A stretch of DNA of 64,000 nt from Candidatus Latescibacterota bacterium (GTDB lineage Bacteria > Latescibacterota > UBA2968 > GCA-2709665), in assembly GCA_965205485.1 (NCBI GenBank), contig OZ242180.1:1376001-1440000 (forward strand), in the 5' to 3' direction. Below the pieces are notes generated by a model. It made no database searches. It had not been told where the DNA came from and saw nothing but the letters and a program-made list of their open reading frames with translations. The position numbers and the translations under genes are program-made. This document shows, one piece after another, positions 40,497 through 50,536 of the stretch. The stretch's first letter is position 1; every line of letters starts with the position of its first letter.

Positions 40497-42233
40497 ATGC
40501 AGAAATACCCGGTCTGGACGCTCAGGCACAACAGGGATTCGGATTCAGGCGCGGACGGTTCGTCCGGGCCGCTCGTGGACGTGGTGCTGGCGAATCGCGG
40601 TCTGACGGCCGACGATATCGAGGATTCTCCCGGAGTACTCCAGGACCCGTTTACGATGAAGGACATGGACCGGCTTACCGAGCGGATTGTGAAAGCGGTT
40701 CGTTCTGGCGAGCGCATCGTCGTATTCGGTGACTACGACGTGGACGGCGTGACAAGCACGGCCGTGTTTATGGATTTTCTGGACAGGGTGGGAGCGGACG
40801 TCGTGTCCATCCTGCCGGACCGCTACCGGGACGGATACGGCATGAAACCGGCCGGCGTTCAGCGGGCGGTCGAAGCGGGCGCGCGCGTCATCGTGACGGC
40901 CGACAACGGCATCTCCTCGTTCAAGGCGGTTGAGACGGCAAACGCGGCGGGCATTGATGTTCTGGTGACCGATCATCACGAGCCTCACGGCCGGCTGCCC
41001 GACGCCTTCGCGGTGGTCAACCCCAACCGCCCGGATTGCGGCTATGGGTTCAAGGGTCTCGCGGCCGTGGGTGTGGCGTTCAAAGCCGTGCAGGCGCTTT
41101 CGGATTCGCTGATCGATACATCGGAGCGCAGGTCGTATCTCAATTCGCTGCTGGATCTGGTCGCACTAGGAACCGTGGCGGATATCGCGCCCATGCTGGG
41201 TGAGAACCGTCTGCTCACCCGCAGGGGAATGCAGATTCTGGACCGGACGCAGCGTCCGGGGCTTCAGGCCCTGAAGGCCGTCGCGGGCGCCGATACCCGG
41301 CCCGTGGATACGACGGCGATCGGGTTCTTCCTCGGGCCTCGCATCAACAGCGCCGGGCGACTGGAATCCGCTGACCTGGCGCTGGACCTGCTTCGCACCC
41401 CTGAGGCCGGTCAGGCCGCCCGCCTGGCGGAGCGGCTGAACGGGCTCAACCGGCGGCGGCGAGAGCTTGAGCGTGTGGGCGTGAAACAGGCCGGGGAACA
41501 GGTTGAATCCCTGGCGCTGGACAAGCACCGGATCCTGGTCACGAAAGGCGAAAGCTGGCACCTGGGCGTGGTGGGGTTGATTGCCGGTCGCCTGGCCGAG
41601 CAATACGGCAGGCCGGGCATCGCATGCTCCGAGGTCCGCGGGGATGGTAGCTTCACGGGTTCGGCGCGATCGGGAGCGGGCTACAATATGGCGGAAGCGA
41701 TTTTTCGCTGTGCGGATTTATTGACAGAATACGGCGGGCACGCGGATGCAGGCGGCTTTACCGGCTCGCTGGATCATTTCGAAGCGTTCAAGACCCGGAT
41801 GGAGGCCGATGCGGCGGAGCGGATTTCGGACGAAGACCTCAGAACCCGGCTCGAGCTGGATGCCGCGCTTCGGCCGGAGGAGATCTCGCTGGAAACGGTC
41901 ACGGCGCTATCTGCCCTGTCGCCGTTCGGATCGGGAAACGAAGCGCCGCTTTTCATGGTACAGGACTGCACGGTCGATAGGGCCATGGCGGTGGGAAAAG
42001 GGGCGCACCTCAAGTTGAATCTGGATACAGCGTCTTCCGACGGCCGTGCGGACGGCTCGGCGCGATGGAGTCCGCGGATATGCGACGCGGTCTGGTGGGG
42101 CAAGGGCGAACTGGCCGGTCGGCTTCGCCGGGGGGATCGCGTGGACGTGGCCTGCGCGATTGAATCCAACACCTGGAACGGCCGGACTCAGGTTCAACTC
42201 GTTCTGGAAGATATGCGCCCAGCGGCGGGATAG
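40497..42233 (+). CDS. recJ: Single-stranded-DNA-specific exonuclease RecJ
   Basis: GDYDVDG, TDHH, LGTVAD, PRINSAGR, GGH. Confidence 0.96.
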   Translation: MQKYPVWTLRHNRDSDSGADGSSGPLVDVVLANRGLTADDIEDSPGVLQDPFTMKDMDRLTERIVKAVRSGERIVVFGDYDVDGVTSTAVFMDFLDRVGADVVSILPDRYRDGYGMKPAGVQRAVEAGARVIVTADNGISSFKAVETANAAGIDVLVTDHHEPHGRLPDAFAVVNPNRPDCGYGFKGLAAVGVAFKAVQALSDSLIDTSERRSYLNSLLDLVALGTVADIAPMLGENRLLTRRGMQILDRTQRPGLQALKAVAGADTRPVDTTAIGFFLGPRINSAGRLESADLALDLLRTPEAGQAARLAERLNGLNRRRRELERVGVKQAGEQVESLALDKHRILVTKGESWHLGVVGLIAGRLAEQYGRPGIACSEVRGDGSFTGSARSGAGYNMAEAIFRCADLLTEYGGHADAGGFTGSLDHFEAFKTRMEADAAERISDEDLRTRLELDAALRPEEISLETVTALSALSPFGSGNEAPLFMVQDCTVDRAMAVGKGAHLKLNLDTASSDGRADGSARWSPRICDAVWWGKGELAGRLRRGDRVDVACAIESNTWNGRTQVQLVLEDMRPAAG

Positions 42234-42259
42234 AAGGTATCCGAGTTAAAGAAGGTTCC

Positions 42260-43255
42260 TCAGGTAATCATCGGAACTTCCACGCGCTTTCCGGTCCGGG
42301 CGGATTCGTGGGCCGCCAGGGCCACGGCGACCACGCGCCGCCCGTCACTGCCATCCGATCGCGGCGCATCTCCCCGTTGAATGCAACCGATGAAGTGCGC
42401 GATCTCGTCCACCAGGCCGTTGTTCCCGGGCACCTCGATGGCGGCTGAACTCCCGCCGTGCCGGGCGAATGTGATGGGGCCGCCCGGTGCGTTGAGCTTA
42501 AGCGCGCCTTCTGTGCCGGCAACGCCGAGTTCGTAGCTGTTGACCGGATAGACCCGGCTGCTGCTCAGTGAGCCGATGGCGCCTGAGGCGAATTCGATGC
42601 CGATGAAGATGCTTTCCTCGACTTCGTTCTCCTGGTCCTCTCCATATTTCATCACGGCATTGACCGCATGGATTTCACCGGCCAGCCAGGCGAGCTGGTC
42701 GAGCTCGTGGCTGTACATCGAAAACATCCCACCGTAGGTTTCCTTTCGTTTCTGCCACCCGCCAACGCCACCCGGCGCGCCGGTTCCCAGACGCACCGCA
42801 TGCGCCAGCGTGATTTCACCAATGTCCCCTCGTTCCACACGGCGTTTCATTTCCATATAGACCGCCTGAAAACGGAGGACATAGCCGATCATCAGGAAAA
42901 CGCCTGACTGTTCCGCGGCGCGGATCATCGCATCGCAGTCGCCAACGGTCAGCGCCATGGGTTTTTCGCAGAAGACGTGGGCGCCCGCCAGCGCCGCGTC
43001 CGTACCGATGCGGCTGTGAGTGTGGTTGGGCGTCACCACCAGCACGGCGTCAGGTTTCTCGGCAGCCAGCATGGCGCGATGGTCCGTGTACGGCTGCGGG
43101 CCGGATGCCAGTTGCGCGGCAAGCTGAGCCGCGGATTCCCCAACCACGTCGCAAACGGCGACGAGCCTCGCACCCTCCATCGCTTCCACGTTTCTGGCGT
43201 GGGCCCGGCCGAGCCCGCCGCAGCCAGCCAGCGCGACTTTCATAAGTTCTGCCAT
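42260..43255 (-). CDS. Gfo/Idh/MocA family oxidoreductase
   Basis: GCGGLG, TPNHTH, CEKPMA. Confidence 0.92.
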   Translation of the reverse strand: MAELMKVALAGCGGLGRAHARNVEAMEGARLVAVCDVVGESAAQLAAQLASGPQPYTDHRAMLAAEKPDAVLVVTPNHTHSRIGTDAALAGAHVFCEKPMALTVGDCDAMIRAAEQSGVFLMIGYVLRFQAVYMEMKRRVERGDIGEITLAHAVRLGTGAPGGVGGWQKRKETYGGMFSMYSHELDQLAWLAGEIHAVNAVMKYGEDQENEVEESIFIGIEFASGAIGSLSSSRVYPVNSYELGVAGTEGALKLNAPGGPITFARHGGSSAAIEVPGNNGLVDEIAHFIGCIQRGDAPRSDGSDGRRVVAVALAAHESARTGKRVEVPMIT

Positions 43256-43287
43256 TGCTCAAACCTGTCCGGTAACCGCGAGTCGTG

Positions 43288-44298
43288 TCACAAAAGAATC
43301 GGCGTGGAACCGCTTTCGGCCGATTCTTCCGCGGCGAAACACGCGGCATGGGTGTTCACGGCCACGGCCAGGTTGCCGTGCGATTCCACGTCGTTGAGGA
43401 TACAATCGACAAGGTGGTCGATCATCTCCTGGAAGGGATGGTGGGAAACCGCGCCGCTGTCCGGCAACACGGTGGGAAAACTGCCGAAGGCGTCCTGGCC
43501 CGAAAGCTGGCGGGTGTAGAACTGGTTGTTCCGGATCACGCCTTCGGTCCCGAAGACCTCGATGTTGAAGACGTAGGGCATGAAAAAAGCCGTGGAACCG
43601 GAGAATTTACCCGCGGCGCCCCCCGCGAACGCCACCGTGGCGACCGTCGTGGATCGGTAGTCGTTCTCGTGCGTGCGATGTCCTGGAGAGACACCCGTCA
43701 CCCGGATGACCTCGTCGTTGTCCAGGATGTATCGGGCGGCGTCGAGCGCGTGGCAGCCGCCGTGAACAATGGCGCCGTTGACCATCGGGTTCCAGCCGTC
43801 GCGGCTGAATCTCCCGGGGCGGGCGTTGGTGGGCCCGTGCCAGTAGTCGGCCTGGACGAGCAGCGGTACGCCGACCCAACCCTTCTCGACAGCCTGTTTC
43901 ATGGAAATGATGAGGGGATTCCATCGAAGCACGAAGCCGATTACCGTCTTCACGCCCGCGCTCTCCACGGCCCGGTGCATCTCGTCCAGCTCTTCGTGTT
44001 TCGTGGCCACCGGTTTTTCGATCAGGAGGTGTTTGCCTGCGCGCGCGGCGGCAATGGCTTCCCCGGCGTGGCGGTCAGGCGGGGTACAGATGGAAACCAC
44101 GTCGACGTCCGGATGCTCGAGAAGCCTGTCGTAGTTGTCGTAAAGGTCGCATTCAACGCCGAGTTCCACCGCTTTTCGCCGGGCGCTCTCGAGCGTTCGG
44201 CTTCCGATAGCGACCAATCGGGTGTGGGGGTTGTTCAGGTACGCCTTGATGTGTTCCGTGGAGACGTTTCCCGCGCCCTGGATCGCAACGCCGAGCAT
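43288..44298 (-). CDS. Gfo/Idh/MocA family oxidoreductase
   Basis: GAGNVS, CTPPDRH, IEKPVA; ATG 44298 after GGAGGGAG. Confidence 0.92.
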   Translation of the reverse strand: MLGVAIQGAGNVSTEHIKAYLNNPHTRLVAIGSRTLESARRKAVELGVECDLYDNYDRLLEHPDVDVVSICTPPDRHAGEAIAAARAGKHLLIEKPVATKHEELDEMHRAVESAGVKTVIGFVLRWNPLIISMKQAVEKGWVGVPLLVQADYWHGPTNARPGRFSRDGWNPMVNGAIVHGGCHALDAARYILDNDEVIRVTGVSPGHRTHENDYRSTTVATVAFAGGAAGKFSGSTAFFMPYVFNIEVFGTEGVIRNNQFYTRQLSGQDAFGSFPTVLPDSGAVSHHPFQEMIDHLVDCILNDVESHGNLAVAVNTHAACFAAEESAESGSTPILL

Positions 44299-44671
44299 TA
44301 TTTCTCCCTCCGGGTTTTTCTGCGTGAAGATTTCCGAACCGTCAGCTGGCGGTCGGTGTTTATCAGGCGGTAGCGTGGTTTGAAAGCAATCGCTCTTGAC
44401 GATGTAAAGCACGGGATCGGGTTGTCCCAGCTTCGGCGTCCGGAACAAAGGGTGGGGAAAATAAGCGGGAGTGGGACCGGAGTCAAGACCGATCCCCCGC
44501 GTCCCGCGACCCTTTCCCGGCACAACTTTCCTGCATTTCACCCACGCCTGTGTTGGTTCCGGTCAACTCCGCAGTCCTGACCGCCGGCTCCATGAACCAT
44601 TGCTATTTCCGGGTGTCCGCTTTATTTTAGCGCGTTACGCCGCATCCGTTTTTTCAGATCCGAGGTGAAGG

Positions 44672-45532
44672 TTGCCGAAACGAATCAACAGGGCCATCGA
44701 ACTCCTGGAGCAGGGACAGCCGATATATTATGTCGGCATCTCCGAGCTGTCGTACGAGACGGGCCGGGACATGGCCGGGACGTGGGCCGACTACATCAAC
44801 GTCAGCATTGAGCACGGCGCGTTCGATATGCCGGGGCTGGGCGCATTCATGCGCGGACTGGTCGACGGCGGTCCCACGGCCAGCGGGCACCGGACGCCCG
44901 CCGTCATCGTCGATTTGCCCGTGGAGGGTTCGAGCGAAGCGGAGGTCCGGGCCAATGCGTGGATGTTCAAACAGGCGCTGGCGCGGGGCGTGCACGGGAT
45001 ACTCCTGTGCCATGCCGAAGACCCGGACGGAGTCCGCGCTTTCGTGGAAAGTTGCAGGTATCCGTTCCGGAAACCTGCGGAGGGGCACGGTGACGGGCGG
45101 CGCGGCGCCGGGGGTCAGGGCTGGGCCTCGCAGATCTGGGGCGTGTCCGCCGCTGATTACCTGGAGAAGGCCGACCCGTGGCCGCTGAGTCCCGGCGGCG
45201 AGTTGATGCTGGGCGTGAAGATCGAGAACAAACGCGCGCTGGCCAACGCTGAAGCCACTGCAAAAGTGCAGGGGCTCGCGTTCGGCGAATGGGGACCCGG
45301 GGATATGGGTATGTCGTTTGGGTATGCCGATCGGCACGGCCCGCCCTATCCGCCTGAAATCCGGGCCGCCCGGGCCCGCGTGATGGCGGCCTGTAAGGAC
45401 GCCGGTCTGTTCTTCCTGAACGGCGCGAACGAGGAAAACATCAGGGAGATGATAGATGAAGGGGTGATGATCTGCTCCGGAGGCCGGGAGGCCGTGGCGG
45501 AGGTGGGACGGGCGTATTCCGGAAGAAAGTGA
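44672..45532 (+). CDS. HpcH/HpaI aldolase/citrate lyase family protein
   Basis: IEHGAFD, GVHGILLCHAE, KIEN, GPGDMGMS. Confidence 0.85.
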   Translation: MPKRINRAIELLEQGQPIYYVGISELSYETGRDMAGTWADYINVSIEHGAFDMPGLGAFMRGLVDGGPTASGHRTPAVIVDLPVEGSSEAEVRANAWMFKQALARGVHGILLCHAEDPDGVRAFVESCRYPFRKPAEGHGDGRRGAGGQGWASQIWGVSAADYLEKADPWPLSPGGELMLGVKIENKRALANAEATAKVQGLAFGEWGPGDMGMSFGYADRHGPPYPPEIRAARARVMAACKDAGLFFLNGANEENIREMIDEGVMICSGGREAVAEVGRAYSGRK

Positions 45533-45636
45533 ACACAGTTGAAATGGAACGGCAGGAGACAACCGGATCATATAAAAGCTGACGGACGCCCGTCGGAGAA
45601 AGGAGCGTTGAAACGAATGAATATCGTTGCTCCCTG

Positions 45637-45797
45637 TGTTCTGTCCCGGAAATAAGTTGCCTGAATTCGACCGCCGAGTCGCCTGGCTCGCAAGGCGCCG
45701 GAGCGCATGCGACCTGCGTAAGGTCGGCGAGCGAGGGGAACGCAGCGAGACGGGATGAATCGGCGGTCGAATGGTGAGGAATTTTTGGGACAGGACA
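45637..45797 (-). mobile_element. MITE family B copy 3 (161 bp, inverted)
   Basis: TGTTCTGTCCC...GGGACAGGACA, flanks CCTG/CGAG. Confidence 0.9.
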
Positions 45798-45884
45798 CGA
45801 GCGCTTGCAAGTCATCTTGACGGCTGGCGCCAAAACCACAGTTGTCTGAACTGACGAAGAACCGTCGGTAAGAGGAGGGAAGAA

Positions 45885-46586
45885 ATGTCGAGTTCACACA
45901 TCCGTACAGTCATCGAGGTCGTTCTGGCGGCTGGCTGCGCGTACCTGGCATATATCGCGTACATCGCCCCGGTCAATGTCACCATCAACTACGATGCCGA
46001 GAACGCCATTCAGATGCGGATCGAAGACAAAATGGTGGCGCACGACGCCGTCCTGGACTCGATCTGGAGCAAGGACTTCGCCAGACAAGCGACGCTGGGG
46101 TGGTTGACCGAGAAGGACGTCTATCACTACCGGAACAGCGCCATTGCCGGGCGCCTGGCGGAAGACATGCCGGATGCGCCGCAGGGAGGGAGCGAAACCA
46201 TTGAAGCGCGGAAGGCGCGACTCGAAGCCGCGATCGCCGAAAATCCGCTGATCGCAGATCTTCGCGGCCGGTCGCACGGATTACAGTCTCCGTTTCAGTA
46301 TCTTGGCAAGCGGGTCCGGGTCGGCGTTCCCAGCGGAAACAGACCTCGAAGCAACGTGGCGTACGCGGCCTACGGGAGCGAGTTCGAAGGCAGGGTCGTA
46401 GAAATCTGGAATCCCGTGAACGACAAACGCGTGTCGGTTTTTGCGCAGGGCGCGTTCATGCCCACCGAAACGGTCACCATCGACTTCCAGATGAACAGAC
46501 AGCAGGCGGTAGACCTGTTCGATCGCGTCGACGAGACCGCGGACGCGGTGGCGGTTATTCTTCCGCCGTCCACGCCGGCGCCGTAG
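45885..46586 (+). CDS. Hypothetical membrane-anchored protein
   Basis: GAGGAGG RBS, N-terminal TM helix, 233 aa. Confidence 0.75.
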   Translation: MSSSHIRTVIEVVLAAGCAYLAYIAYIAPVNVTINYDAENAIQMRIEDKMVAHDAVLDSIWSKDFARQATLGWLTEKDVYHYRNSAIAGRLAEDMPDAPQGGSETIEARKARLEAAIAENPLIADLRGRSHGLQSPFQYLGKRVRVGVPSGNRPRSNVAYAAYGSEFEGRVVEIWNPVNDKRVSVFAQGAFMPTETVTIDFQMNRQQAVDLFDRVDETADAVAVILPPSTPAP

Positions 46587-46770
46587 ACGCGTTTCAATCG
46601 CCTGTCGATCGACCCATCTGGCCGACCCGATGCGACTCTGGTCACTGCATCCCCGCTATCTGGACGCGGTCGGCAGGCTCAAATCAGCGCGCGTGCCGCT
46701 TCCGCATCCGTTATTCGTTGTGATCCCGGGGCCGATTGAAGCATGGGAACGACCTGGCGCGCCGTAACGG

Positions 46771-46848
46771 AACATCGGCGAGCACGGTTTCGTCGCCCAT
46801 TTCGAAGACTGCGAGGGCAACCGGGTCGCGATGCATTCCTGGACCTGA
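46771..46848 (+). pseudogene. C-terminal remnant of a VOC/glyoxalase family gene
   Basis: Reads NIGEHGFVAHFEDCEGNRVAMHSWT*; in-frame stop just upstream. Confidence 0.65.
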
Positions 46849-46939
46849 GCCGATCCGCGCAGACCCCTGCCACTCATTCCCCAGGACATTCCCCGGCTTC
46901 TATTTCCTCACCGCACTCCGGACGAATTCCCTTCGAAGT

Positions 46940-47476
46940 CTACCTTCCAAGCAGCTGTTCGACGGCCCAGTCGAGTTCCGCTTCCGTATCGGGTCCGTAG
47001 CCCATTTGTGCGAACCTGACACGGCCCTTCCTGTCAACCAGATAGGTAGTTGGAATGCTCCGGACGTCGTAGTCCGATTGTACGCCGGGATCGGCGAACA
47101 GGACCGGAAAGGTGTAGCCGTTTTTCCGCACAAACGGCTCCACGCGCGCCCGGTCGAAATCGGAACTGATGGCTAGTACGGTCAGGCCCTTATTGCGATA
47201 CCGTTCGTGCAACTTCTGGATATGGGGCAATTCGTACAGGCACGGTACGCACCAGGTCGCCCAGAAGTTGATCAGGACGACACGGTCTTTATTGTCGGAT
47301 AACCGGATAACCGAACCGTCCGGACTGTCCAGCGCGAAGTCGGGAGCTGCCGGGCCCACGGGCAGCGCGCTCTCCGGCTCCGGCGCCTCCGCGAGCATCT
47401 GCCCCAACGCGACACCGGCGAGGACCACCGCGACGCCCATGAACACCCAGGATTTCCATCCAAACCCCAATTTCAT
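46940..47476 (-). CDS. TlpA/ResA-like disulfide reductase
   Basis: N-terminal TM, INFWATWCVPC, IPTTYLVD. Confidence 0.92.
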   Translation of the reverse strand: MKLGFGWKSWVFMGVAVVLAGVALGQMLAEAPEPESALPVGPAAPDFALDSPDGSVIRLSDNKDRVVLINFWATWCVPCLYELPHIQKLHERYRNKGLTVLAISSDFDRARVEPFVRKNGYTFPVLFADPGVQSDYDVRSIPTTYLVDRKGRVRFAQMGYGPDTEAELDWAVEQLLGR

Positions 47477-47547
47477 ATCGCCATCCTCTTCAGTTCCGTA
47501 GACAGGCCCCGCCTTCACACCGGGAAAAGCGACGCCTCCCCGGCACG

Positions 47548-47750
47548 GAGAGGGGAGCGGTTCTGCCGCATTTCAGTTCGCGCCGAATGCCAGACGCTAA
47601 AGCCCGATCCCATAATGAAGTATACATTTCGACCACGGTTATTGCAAGACCTGTCATTCTGAGCGCAGCGAAGAATCTCCCGTCTTCTCGATTGTCCAGA
47701 CGGCTAAACACCAGTAAACACATTTGCGCGGACGCTTCGAAGGCCTCGAG
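47548..47750. repeat. Duplicated intergenic module with a TGTCATTCTGAGCGCAGCGAAGAATCT palindrome
   Basis: Homologous to 52835-53260, which carries an additional nested insert. Confidence 0.8.
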
Positions 47751-47772
47751 CCCACCTACCGCACGTGTATCC

Positions 47773-48909
47773 CTAAGGCGTGAAGATCAGGATCTGATCC
47801 GAAATCTCCTCCTTGAACGTGTGTCCACTGCCGTTATCCTTCGATCCGCCGGCAATCATCACGCGGCCGTCCGCAAGCAAGGTTACCGTAGGCGAGGACC
47901 GCCACCCTATGCTGTGTCCTGTAGGAGAAAACGCATGGGTGTCCGGATTGTACAGTACGATATCGCCGTTATGCGAGTTTATGAACATCACCCTGCCGGA
48001 AGGCAGTAGCAGGGCGGCCATCGGGTCGATTGTGGAAACGCCGGCCGGCGAAAACATGTTGCTTTCAGGGTCGTAGATCTCCGCCGTCTGTACCGATGTC
48101 CGAATAGCGACATTACTACCGCCTATTATCAGGACTCTATCGTCCCGCAGAAGCACGGCCTCGTGAAATTGACGATCGAACTGCAGATTACCTGCTTCTG
48201 AAAAAGCTTCGGACGACGGATTGTAAATCAGATTCCGTCCGACCGACCCACCGTCTCTTCTCGCAATCCGTCCTCCAACGATCAGCACACGGCCGTCTTT
48301 CAACAGAGTCGCGGTATGACCAATTCGGGGATGGTCCATCGCGAATATGGACGGAAATGTGCCTGTAGTGGGGTCGAAGACACCCGTGTGGCCCACCGAG
48401 GTCACAAACACCTTTCCATCGTGCAGCAGGGTCGAGGTAAAGATGGTCGCATTGGACGGTACCATTGCCACGGCGTCGAATCTACCTGACTGGGAATCGT
48501 ACATCTCAATTGGGAGATGACCATGCCTGGGCATGATCAGGACCCGACCGTCGGAAAGCAATATTCCGTGGTCCTCGCTGCGACTGGCCGTCAGGTCTCC
48601 CGTCGTCGTTGAGACCCCGGTTTCAGGATCGAAAATCTCCGCGCTGATGTGACGCATTGGACGGGGAATATCGGTGTTCGGGGGAGGTGGCGCATCGAGC
48701 ACGGGAAGCAATTCCGCGTAGCCGCCGGCGATCAGGACCTTCCCATCTTGCAATAATGTCGCGGCATGCCAATACCGGGGCTTGCTCAAATTACCGACCT
48801 CGTGGAGACCCCTTTCAAGGGCCGGCGGCTCCGACGTGGTGACCGAATCACCGCCGCAGGCCCAGAGGCTCGCTACGACGAACAGCGCAAACGACATTCT
48901 GATGGTCAT
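47773..48909 (-). CDS. Kelch/galactose-oxidase-type repeat lipoprotein K1
   Basis: Lipobox SLWAC; repeated R..H.ATLL.DG.VLI.GG...AEI(F/Y)DP. Confidence 0.88.
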   Translation of the reverse strand: MTIRMSFALFVVASLWACGGDSVTTSEPPALERGLHEVGNLSKPRYWHAATLLQDGKVLIAGGYAELLPVLDAPPPPNTDIPRPMRHISAEIFDPETGVSTTTGDLTASRSEDHGILLSDGRVLIMPRHGHLPIEMYDSQSGRFDAVAMVPSNATIFTSTLLHDGKVFVTSVGHTGVFDPTTGTFPSIFAMDHPRIGHTATLLKDGRVLIVGGRIARRDGGSVGRNLIYNPSSEAFSEAGNLQFDRQFHEAVLLRDDRVLIIGGSNVAIRTSVQTAEIYDPESNMFSPAGVSTIDPMAALLLPSGRVMFINSHNGDIVLYNPDTHAFSPTGHSIGWRSSPTVTLLADGRVMIAGGSKDNGSGHTFKEEISDQILIFTP

Positions 48910-48934
48910 CTTCTCTCCCTCGCTTTAAGTGTCC

Positions 48935-49030
48935 GTGAGTGCAACATCTACGCGACAGGGCTGGCTTAGCGGCAGACAGGAATGTCTACCCCACCTTCAC
49001 ACCCGCGTTCCTCAGCACGACGGATTGCGC
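48935..49030. repeat. Conserved kelch-gene leader with GCAGACAGGAATGTC..CCCCACC REP-like palindrome
   Basis: Related copies at about 50465, 54443-54530 and 55650-55730. Confidence 0.75.
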
Positions 49031-49040
49031 ACGTGCGTCG

Positions 49041-50180
49041 CTAAGGCGTAAAAATGAAAATCTGATCTGTAATCTCCTCCTCGAACGTGTGTCCATTGCC
49101 GGCATCCTTCCTTCCACCCGCAATCATTACGCGGCCGTCTGAAAGCAGCGTTACCGTAGGCGACGACCGCCAGCCAATACTGTGTCCTGTAGGAGAGAAT
49201 GCATGCGTGTCGGGATTATACAGTGCGATATCGCCATTATAAGCGCGGATGAGGAGAACGTCGCCAGACGGCAACAGTACGGCGGCGCTCGGGTCGATTG
49301 CAGATACGCCGGCAGGCGAAAACGCGTTTGCTTCAGGGTCGTAGATCTCGGCCGTCTGCACGAATGCCCCCCAACCGGCGGTGCCGCCTACGATCAGTAC
49401 CCTGCCGTCCTGGAGAAGCACCGCCTTATGGTTTATGCGGTCAAACTGCATTTTACCGGCTTCGGACATGTCCCTGGACGAGGGATCGTAAATGACGTTC
49501 CGTCCAACCAGCCCACCGTCTCTTTCCGCAACCAGTCCTCCAACGATCAGCACGCGTCCGTCTTTCAAGAGCGTTGCTGTATGGAGTCTGCGAGCTTCCT
49601 CCCGCTTGTAGATGGAGTGAAATGCGCGCGCATCCGGGTCGAAGACACCCGTGTGGTGGTCCACGGAGGTCACGAAGACCTTTCCATCTTGCAGCAGAGT
49701 CGCGGTGAAGATGTTCGCATTGGACGGTACCTTCGCCACGGCGTCGAATCTGCCTGAATGAGGATCGTATATCTCAATGGGTAGATAACCAAACCTGGGC
49801 ATAATCAGGACCCGACCGTCCGGAAGCAAAATCCCATTGTCGGCGTAGCGTTTGACAGTCATGTCTCCCGTTGGCGAAGAGGTTCCGGTCTCGGGATCGA
49901 ATATCTCCGCGCTGGTAAGAAACCCCGCGGGCAGATACATGACGGTACCGCCTGGAGAAGGGTCCCGGACTTCTGTAGGCGGTTCCGCCAGGCCGCCTGC
50001 GATCAGGACCTTGCCGTTCGGCAATAATGTCGCGGCATGCCAATACCGGGGCTTGCTCAAATTACCGACCTCGTGGAGACCCCTTTCAAGGGCCGGCGGC
50101 TCCGATGTGGTCACCGAATCACTACCACAAGCCCAGGGGCTCGTGACGACGAACAACGCAAACAGGATTCTGGCGGTCAT
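49041..50180 (-). CDS. Kelch-repeat lipoprotein K2
   Basis: Start MTARILF; lipobox SPWAC; paralogous to K1. Confidence 0.88.
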   Translation of the reverse strand: MTARILFALFVVTSPWACGSDSVTTSEPPALERGLHEVGNLSKPRYWHAATLLPNGKVLIAGGLAEPPTEVRDPSPGGTVMYLPAGFLTSAEIFDPETGTSSPTGDMTVKRYADNGILLPDGRVLIMPRFGYLPIEIYDPHSGRFDAVAKVPSNANIFTATLLQDGKVFVTSVDHHTGVFDPDARAFHSIYKREEARRLHTATLLKDGRVLIVGGLVAERDGGLVGRNVIYDPSSRDMSEAGKMQFDRINHKAVLLQDGRVLIVGGTAGWGAFVQTAEIYDPEANAFSPAGVSAIDPSAAVLLPSGDVLLIRAYNGDIALYNPDTHAFSPTGHSIGWRSSPTVTLLSDGRVMIAGGRKDAGNGHTFEEEITDQIFIFTP

Positions 50181-50249
50181 ATTCTCTTCCTCAATTGAAA
50201 ATGAACTGAAATCCCCCCACCGCATCAGCCGTCGCCTGCCCCTACGACC

Positions 50250-50393
50250 CTTCGACAAGCTCAGGGACCGCAGGCTCGGGGCAGCACCTTCGACAGGCTC
50301 AGATAGCGGCGCCGGGCAGGCTATGGGTCTCCTTACACCGGTCTAATGACGACCTATAAACTCAATAACGCGTGGTCATTGAGCTTGTCGAAA
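50250..50393. repeat. Cluster of CTTCGACA(A/G)GCTCAG palindromic repeats
   Basis: Copies at 50250, 50288 and inverted at 50379; also 52935-52975. Confidence 0.75.
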
Positions 50394-50536
50394 TGCCCGC
50401 TATTCAACAGCCTTTCGACACTTCGCCAATGGTTATCGCAACACACACCGTTCTGAGCGCGGCGAGCAGACAGGATTGTCCGCCCCACCCTCACACCCGG
50501 ATTCTTCAGCAGGAGAGATCGGGTGCGCGGATACAC

